Part shown: piece by piece, positions 17,209 through 23,023 of the stretch
Layout: the number at the start of each line of letters is the position of its first letter
How positions within the stretch are numbered: position 1 is the stretch's first letter
Source of the DNA: Oligoflexales bacterium
GTDB taxonomy: Bacteria > Bdellovibrionota_B > Oligoflexia > Oligoflexales > CAIYRB01
Assembly: GCA_041736175.1 (NCBI GenBank)
Contig: JBGSUI010000029.1
Span: 1 to 23,023, forward strand
Direction of reading: 5' to 3'
DNA: 23,023 nt
The notes under the pieces: generated by a model
Told to the model about the DNA's origin: nothing
Seen by the model: the letters and a program-made list of their open reading frames with translations, nothing else
The model's database searches: none
Program-made: the position numbers and the translations under genes

Positions 17209-17931
17209 ATGGGAGATAACACTCTGAAAATACTCGTCGTAGAAGATGACCCCAAAACAGCCGCCTACCTTCAAAAGGGGTTGACTGAAAATGGCTATTC
17301 CGTCGATATCTCCCACGATGGCGCTGATGCTTTAGAACTCGCTAAGGGCAAAAGTTACGATCTGTTTATCTTTGACGTGATGCTGCCCTTTCATTCAGGA
17401 TTTGAGCTGCTCAAAATCTTGCGCTCCTTGGAAATATACACTCTTACTATTTTTTTGACGGCAAAGGATCGGCTCGAAGATCGCGTCTGTGGTCTCGATC
17501 TCGGAGCGGATGCCTACCTTGTAAAGCCATTTTCCTTTTCCGAGTTGATTGCAGTGATACGATCTTTGTTTAGAAGGCGTATGGGTGCCGATCACAGGGT
17601 TCATTCTTCGGACCAACTCGAGGCCTGCGACATTAAAATCGATATTGTAAAACATCAGGTCCGTAGAAGCGGGCAGCTTCTTGATTTGACACCCCTAGAA
17701 TTTAAACTCCTCACCTTTTTGGCGCGCCGAGAAGGAGAAGTCCTTTCAAGGACTCTGATCCTTGAGCATATTTGGGATATAAACTTTGACTGTAGTACCA
17801 ATGTGGTCGATGTCCATATCCGTCGTCTCCGCGCTAAGGTTGACGAGCCTTTCGAAACACCTTTGATCCATACCGTTCGTGGAATGGGTTATGTCTTAAG
17901 AAGCGAGAACTCAAATCCCCAAAGCACCTAA
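17209..17931 (+). CDS. OmpR-family response regulator, heavy-metal (CusR/CopR/HprR-like) subfamily
   Basis: KILVVEDD, FDVMLP (phosphoacceptor Asp), FLTAKD, GADAYLVKPF, WDINFDCSTNVVDVHIRRLRAKVD and LIHTVRGMGYVL. Start is ATG 17209 or possibly CTG 17224. Confidence 0.92.
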   Translation: MGDNTLKILVVEDDPKTAAYLQKGLTENGYSVDISHDGADALELAKGKSYDLFIFDVMLPFHSGFELLKILRSLEIYTLTIFLTAKDRLEDRVCGLDLGADAYLVKPFSFSELIAVIRSLFRRRMGADHRVHSSDQLEACDIKIDIVKHQVRRSGQLLDLTPLEFKLLTFLARREGEVLSRTLILEHIWDINFDCSTNVVDVHIRRLRAKVDEPFETPLIHTVRGMGYVLRSENSNPQST

Positions 17932-17962
17932 TAGGGCTCTATCGAGTCGCATCACTTATTTT

Positions 17963-19360
17963 TTGACGACGGCCATGGCGTGCCTGTTCCTGATTTTTTG
18001 TAGCCTGGTTTACATTGCGCTCGTCATCAAAATAGACTCTGAAGATATCGAGTTGATCGAAGAGAAAGTAGCCTTTGTTTTGCCCTATCTTAAGATCGGT
18101 GATCCCGTCGAAATCAAGCACCTCCTCGGCGAGCGCTATCCCCAGGATCTTAGAAAGAGAGTCTATGTAACGATCTATGACCGCAATGGACATAGTATCG
18201 CCCGTACCTTTAATGCCTATGCCAATGAGCTCTCAGATATTTTTCCTGAAGCGGTGTCACCTAAATGGATCTTGGATGATCACCATGCCAAACTCGAAAG
18301 GATTCGCAGCGACAACCTACGGGTCTTCAATGTTTCCACCATCAAAACCCGCGATCAGTCAAACAATATTTGGATCATGCGGGTAGCTGTGGATCACGAT
18401 ACCGAAGAAAGAATCCTGGCCACAGTGGGAGCCGCTTTTTTAGGGATGTTTTTTTTGGCTATCATCGCCGTGCCTGCAAGTAGCGGGGTGATCACAAATT
18501 TGATTATGCGGCCCTTAAGGCACCTTTCTCAGGAAATAGAACAGCTTACTCTTGGCAGAGAAACCGCAGCACTAGAAGCTAAGTTGTATCCTAAAGAATT
18601 TTTGGGACTGATCACCTCTTTTAACCAGATGAGCCAAAACGCCTCCCAAGCGTTTGACCGTTTGGAGAGCTTTTCGGCAGATATCGCCCACGAGCTTCGC
18701 AATCCCCTCAATAGCCTTCGGGGCCAGCTGGAAGTCCTCAACGTACGTCCCCGGTCTATCGACGAATATCGAGACTCCTTTGGCTCAGTCCTTGAGGATG
18801 TCCATAGACTGTGCCAACTTGTGGATAGTCTCCTGTTTCTCCTGCGGGGTGAGCGAAAGTTAATCCGAACGGCCATCATCAAAATTGACCTGTTTCCCTT
18901 GATGATGTCCCTACGAGATCTCTACGAACCCATCCTCCAGGAAACTAACGGACAAATCATCTGTCGGTGTAAACAAGACCTCTTTGTCTACGCCGAACCA
19001 CAGCTGCTGCAGCGAGCCCTTATCAACTTGGTGGAGAACGCCCTTAAATACGGTCGACCTAAAGACCCAAGCCTCTCACCTAAGATCGTCCTTTCTGCAG
19101 AACCCATGGGGGATGCAGCAAACCATATCGCCATCACCATCACTGACAACGGACCTGGGATCTCCCCTAACGAAGTCCCCTATATCTTCGATCGCCTCTT
19201 TCGATCCGACCGCGCCCGGGGGACCCATGGTTTTGGACTGGGACTGGCCATTGTCCGGATGATTATGGACCTCCATGATGGGCATGTGGAGGTGCTTGAG
19301 TCAAAAGAATATGGCTGCACCTTTCGCTTGATTCTAAGCAGTGTGGTACAATCTTCCTAA
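17963..19360 (+). CDS. Membrane sensor histidine kinase, CusS/CopS-like
   Basis: Two transmembrane segments flanking a periplasmic domain, HAMP, H-box FSADIAHELRNPL, N-box NLVENALKYG, DNGPGI and GFGLGLAIV. The start is uncertain; the frame is open from 17900. Confidence 0.9.
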   Translation: MTTAMACLFLIFCSLVYIALVIKIDSEDIELIEEKVAFVLPYLKIGDPVEIKHLLGERYPQDLRKRVYVTIYDRNGHSIARTFNAYANELSDIFPEAVSPKWILDDHHAKLERIRSDNLRVFNVSTIKTRDQSNNIWIMRVAVDHDTEERILATVGAAFLGMFFLAIIAVPASSGVITNLIMRPLRHLSQEIEQLTLGRETAALEAKLYPKEFLGLITSFNQMSQNASQAFDRLESFSADIAHELRNPLNSLRGQLEVLNVRPRSIDEYRDSFGSVLEDVHRLCQLVDSLLFLLRGERKLIRTAIIKIDLFPLMMSLRDLYEPILQETNGQIICRCKQDLFVYAEPQLLQRALINLVENALKYGRPKDPSLSPKIVLSAEPMGDAANHIAITITDNGPGISPNEVPYIFDRLFRSDRARGTHGFGLGLAIVRMIMDLHDGHVEVLESKEYGCTFRLILSSVVQSS

Positions 19361-19388
19361 ATGATTCCTCCCATTCAAGAGTCGAACA

Positions 19389-19763
19389 ATGAATCTAGCC
19401 CAGACCCTCGGTTTGTCCTGGAGTTTTAAACCCTGGCGGTTCTTCTGTGGTCTCCTAGTGAGCACCGGATTTCTGACCCATTGTGGCTCTAGAGACCTTG
19501 CGGAGCCAGCCGAAACAGCCTATCCCACAGATTTTGTCCATTTAAGAGACAGGATCCTCCGTCCCCGCTGCGGCAGCTGCCATCCCAAAATACTCTTATA
19601 CAAGGAAGTTGTGAGCCACCTTGCCATCTCCGGCAAACCCCAAGCTAGCGAGCTCTACACAGTCCTTGAAAGTGGCGAAATGCCTCCCTATGGCAGCAAA
19701 CTCACCAGCGAAGAAAAGGACGCCGTCAAACAGTGGATCGTGAAGGGACTCCCCCTAGATTAA
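19389..19763 (+). CDS. Monoheme c-type cytochrome lipoprotein (planctomycete cytochrome C-like domain)
   Basis: Lipobox-like FLTH-C32, heme motif CGSCH (aa 61-65), distal Met in GEMPP, and C-terminal LTSEEKDAVKQWIVKG helix. Confidence 0.8.
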   Translation: MNLAQTLGLSWSFKPWRFFCGLLVSTGFLTHCGSRDLAEPAETAYPTDFVHLRDRILRPRCGSCHPKILLYKEVVSHLAISGKPQASELYTVLESGEMPPYGSKLTSEEKDAVKQWIVKGLPLD

Positions 19764-19779
19764 ATGAGGAACGCCACCC

Positions 19780-20901
19780 ATGCAAAGAGCATCAAGGTCT
19801 CCCTTTTTACACCTTAAACTCTCCTTAGCACTCCTAGCCGGGATGTTGACCAAACAGGCTTTAGGGTTTCCCGAAAATATTAGACTAGGATATGCAGGAT
19901 GTTTGTCCTGCCACGTCAGCCCTACGGGGGGTGGGCTCCTGACCCCCTACGGCAGAGGTGCATCCGAAGATTTCCTTAGCACCTGGACCCGCAAAGACGA
20001 AGCCCAGGTCGGCCATGGAAAGGTTGCCCCCCCCAAATCCCTCCTTCTCGGAGGCGACCTTCGCGGACTCGCCGTCCAGCGGGACACCCGCGTCTTTAAA
20101 GAAAAAGCGTTTATACCGATGCAGTTGGAACTACAAACAGGTCTCATCCTTGCAGAAAAATTGACGGCAGCTCTGGCCCTAGGTCTCTACGACCAAAATG
20201 TTGAGCTGCAAAACGCCTATGGAATGGCACAGATCAGCGACCTGGTGTTTGTCAGGATAGGAAAATTTTTTCCAGCCTATGGCCTCTATATTCCCAACCA
20301 CTCGGTGGTGACCAGACGGGGCCTTGGGTTTAACCAGGGTCAGGAAACCATTAACTTTGAAGCAGGTATCATCAGCGAGTCAGGTGAGATCATCGTTGAT
20401 GCCATCCTCAAACAGGGACTAGGAGAACTCTCAAGCGAAGACAAGGGAGCGACCCTCAGAGGGGTATGGTACGTCCGCAAGGAGTCACAAATAGGTCTTA
20501 GCCTCCTCTCCACAAAAGGGACAGTCTGGGAACGGCAAGCCGTGGGAGTCTTTGCTGCCTCGGGGATCACACGAACCACCTACCTTTTAGGCGAAATAAA
20601 CCGCGAAACTAAAAAACCCGCAGACTCAGCAGATCCATCGACACCTGAAAACACCAGGCTGGTCTCCATGGCCAAGGTAGGCTGGGAGATCACCCGAGGG
20701 CTCCACATCTTTGGGGCCCATGAGTCCTCTGTCACAACCAAAGGGACCTACGACCCACGGCTTTCGGCCTTTGGACCTGGAATCCAGTGGTTTCCACGGC
20801 CCCATTTCGAGGTGGTTGGCGAACTCCAAAGCCGCCTCGATGAGACTTTTTCTAAGAAACCTGGCCAAAAGGCAACGCTCCTCCTCCACTATTACCTGTA
20901 G
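19780..20901 (+). CDS. Outer-membrane beta-barrel with N-terminal CxxCH heme domain (cytochrome-porin fusion, Cyc2-like architecture)
   Basis: Signal peptide ending near QALG, then FPENIRLGYAGCLSCHVSPTGGGLLTPYGR, then repeated amphipathic beta-strands, RIGKFFPAYG, and an aromatic C-terminus (LLLHYYL). GAGGA ribosome-binding site. Confidence 0.75.
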   Translation: MQRASRSPFLHLKLSLALLAGMLTKQALGFPENIRLGYAGCLSCHVSPTGGGLLTPYGRGASEDFLSTWTRKDEAQVGHGKVAPPKSLLLGGDLRGLAVQRDTRVFKEKAFIPMQLELQTGLILAEKLTAALALGLYDQNVELQNAYGMAQISDLVFVRIGKFFPAYGLYIPNHSVVTRRGLGFNQGQETINFEAGIISESGEIIVDAILKQGLGELSSEDKGATLRGVWYVRKESQIGLSLLSTKGTVWERQAVGVFAASGITRTTYLLGEINRETKKPADSADPSTPENTRLVSMAKVGWEITRGLHIFGAHESSVTTKGTYDPRLSAFGPGIQWFPRPHFEVVGELQSRLDETFSKKPGQKATLLLHYYL

Positions 20902-21157
20902 TCACTGATAGAAAACAACCAGCTCGCACAAGCCGCTTAGCTAAAGCGATTGCTGCTTGCCAGTCTCTTTGATGAAGAGCACTCCAGGGGTGGTTTCTAG
21001 CTCGAAAGAAGTCGGTCCAAGCTTGATCGAGATTAGCTGGCCAACCGTGGAGTCGAGGCCATTCGTTTTTATGCTGCAACTTTTTTTGAAAGAGAGGAAC
21101 TCCAATCGAAATCCATTTGTTGGAATTCTCCTTTTTTGCTTTTCGGCTACCCACAAG

Positions 21158-22150
21158 CTAGGGAATACCAAATTTTGCAATTGAGCTGCAAGCTCTGTAA
21201 AACCAAGCAATAGTTCCCACATGAGGTTTTGCATCCCTTGCGATGCAACTACATTTATTTACCACACTAAGGCTGGGACCTCGTTCCGTATCCTTAGGTT
21301 CCTCGGGTCGCCAGTTTCTCTGCGCTACCCAGTCGTTGACCTGTGCTCCAAACGTGCGATCATGCACACTCCTAATGGTAATTCCAAAGTAGGCGCCAGG
21401 GCTGTAGGTCTCAACAAAGCCAACGAGTTCATTTTTGATATTAAAGACAGGTTCGCCGACGATCGACCATCCCTTTTGGGCATTCGGCGCGAGAGTTAAT
21501 ATCGTCTCATGTCCATCCTTTGCGTCCTTTTGCAACCAATCGACACTGATCAGCTGAGTCGCAAATTTGCCGTTGGCATCACGACCGGAAATCAAGAGTT
21601 GTTCTCCAATACGGGGACTAAGATCTGATAGCTTGCTGCCGTAATCGCACCAGTAATTTTGATTCTGATCGTCTTGTCCAACGCCAAACCACGCATTGTA
21701 ATCGGACACCTCACGTTTGGGGAAATCTAAGGGGAAGAAAGTTAAATTGATCATTTTACCGTTATCAGGCCGCTTTCTTGAAAAATAAATCGCGTCTGAG
21801 GCGGATATGGTCTTCTCTTCTATCTCCTCGGTATTGACGCTCCACGTATCGTGGTAGTTTAATTTGCTTGTAATTTCGCCATATTTCCTGGATTGAAAGT
21901 CACGTAGCCGGAAGACCAGATCGAAAGGCTTGTTTATATCTGTAGAACCTCGTTTCCGGCAAAGCAAAACAATAGGGATGCGTTTACGTAATTCGAAGGT
22001 ATCAGCGTTAATCGTCTGAGCATGGAAAATATCGACTTTAAAGTCAGTATTTTCATTGGCCCGTAGCACGTAGTCGGAAGACTTTTTCAACGTGCATCCG
22101 TTTGCAATCGTAAAAATAACGACAAATTTTAGTGTATATATCGTCTTCAT
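21158..22150 (-). CDS. Hypothetical lipoprotein with degenerate trypsin-like C-terminal half
   Basis: MKTIYTLKFVVIFTIANG-C is a lipoprotein-type signal from ATG 22150. The track's TTG 22246 lies inside the sigma54 promoter and is unlikely to be the start. QKGWSIVGEPVFNIKNELVG resembles the GxSGGP(L/V)FN..GE(V/L)VG motif. Confidence 0.7.
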   Translation of the reverse strand: MKTIYTLKFVVIFTIANGCTLKKSSDYVLRANENTDFKVDIFHAQTINADTFELRKRIPIVLLCRKRGSTDINKPFDLVFRLRDFQSRKYGEITSKLNYHDTWSVNTEEIEEKTISASDAIYFSRKRPDNGKMINLTFFPLDFPKREVSDYNAWFGVGQDDQNQNYWCDYGSKLSDLSPRIGEQLLISGRDANGKFATQLISVDWLQKDAKDGHETILTLAPNAQKGWSIVGEPVFNIKNELVGFVETYSPGAYFGITIRSVHDRTFGAQVNDWVAQRNWRPEEPKDTERGPSLSVVNKCSCIARDAKPHVGTIAWFYRACSSIAKFGIP

Positions 22151-22241
22151 TATTTTTACCATCGACAGCGATAAGTTAATTGTTATCGAATTATAATAGG
22201 GAGAAATTCCAACATTGACAATTCTATATCTTAAAAACTTA

Positions 22242-22257
22242 AGCAAAGTTTATGCCA
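22242..22257 (-). promoter_or_regulatory. Sigma54 (RpoN) -24/-12 promoter for the lipoprotein gene
   Basis: Minus strand reads TGGCATAAACTTTGCT, i.e. GG-N10-GC with the TGGCA and TTGCW consensus, about 90 nt upstream of ATG 22150. Confidence 0.75.
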
Positions 22258-22613
22258 CTAAAATTATGATGGAACTCGTCTAATAACCGCTATTCTTAAG
22301 CAGATGTTTACATTGGAAAATTTTATCAATTAGGTCTGGGTAAGCGGGTTCTCATACGCAAAAAAACTGGAAAATTTTTTGACAGCTGCGCATGTTTAAT
22401 TGCATCGATCCAAGATTTAAGGCGGAGTCGAGTTGGCGGTAGGCTTTGTGTTGGTTGTGGTTCCGGCTATAGCAGAATCACAATTTGTTCAGGTACGCTT
22501 TTTTACTACCTTTAACTAAAGTACAGTGATAAAAAGGATTTTAGATAGGCGATAGATTGGCACCCGCGCCTTTTCGACTAGACAGTTGATAGCAGCTTTT
22601 AAAGGAAACAATC

Positions 22614-22895
22614 ATGAGTGTAGGGCGTAATGAATCTTGTCCTTGCGGCAGCGGTAAAAAGTATAAGAAATGCTGTCTCAACTTGGAGGTAGCAAAAAGC
22701 GAGTCTCGCTACACTGAAGTCAAAGCAAAACAAGAGACGGCTTCATCAATCGGATCGAGGTCACCGCTCAAACTTTCTCCGTACGCAATGGCAAAATCCA
22801 TGGATAAAAGTGAATTGCGGCGGCATATGTCTCACCCCATAAAAAAATGGACACCAATAAAGCTTCGGAACCTTGAAACAACAGAAATGAACTAA
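22614..22895 (+). CDS. SEC-C metal-binding motif protein (short, possibly truncated)
   Basis: VGRNESCPCGSGKKYKKCC at the N-terminus. AAAGGA ribosome-binding site. Confidence 0.8.
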   Translation: MSVGRNESCPCGSGKKYKKCCLNLEVAKSESRYTEVKAKQETASSIGSRSPLKLSPYAMAKSMDKSELRRHMSHPIKKWTPIKLRNLETTEMN

Positions 22896-23023
22896 GCGCG
22901 CTCGCGCGCAGTCCTATCCCGAGCATCCGGGCAGATTGTAGCTTTCCTTCCGGCATAATCTCGGCACATTTTATTCAATTCCTAGACCTCTGAATCTCAG
23001 ACTCCATTTAAATATAGCTAATT

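Noticed and set aside
17055..17255. Long N-terminal extensions of SulP (from 17255) and the regulator (from 17140), implying overlapping divergent genes
   Set aside because: These are longest-ORF artefacts. Ribosome-binding sites and family N-termini place the starts at 17054 and 17209/17224.
665..20908. Numerous short antisense or alternate-frame ORFs in the track (e.g. 665-1162, 11789-12280, 12590-13036, 16591-16977)
   Set aside because: They are nested within well-supported genes and show no recognisable motifs.
22558..22575. TGGCAC upstream of the SEC-C gene as a sigma54 promoter
   Set aside because: There is no GC at the -12 position (GG-N10 is followed by TT).
20923..22911. Imperfect inverted repeats (CTCGCACAAGCCGCTTAG and CTAAGCGCGCTCGCGCGCAG) bracketing the AT-rich segment as mobile element ends
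   Set aside because: The match needs two gaps and two mismatches, and there is no transposase or target-site duplication. Chance similarity is likely.

Overview
Bacterial chromosomal window with no rRNA, tRNA, CRISPR array or transposase that I can support. Gene content and lipoprotein style suggest an Oligoflexia/Bdellovibrionota-like organism (inference). Left to right: the C-terminal tail of an HNH endonuclease (missed by the ORF track) followed by a G-rich 10-bp tandem repeat; an MqnC-like radical SAM enzyme; a barrel-only Omp85-family protein; tesA; a CheB-CheR-PAS-histidine kinase-receiver hybrid; ilvA; ybbA-ybbP; a secreted trypsin-like protease plus a small membrane protein; a SulP transporter; a divergent CusR/CusS-family two-component system followed by two c-type heme proteins; an AT-rich segment with a sigma54-driven lipoprotein; and a short SEC-C protein. 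The most interesting part is 14.7-20.9 kb. SulP is translationally coupled to a protein that aligns by eye with beta-carbonic anhydrases but has every zinc ligand substituted. The two-component genes are followed by a monoheme cytochrome c lipoprotein and a CxxCH-plus-beta-barrel fusion with Cyc2-like architecture. All homology calls are motif recognition by eye; no searches were run.
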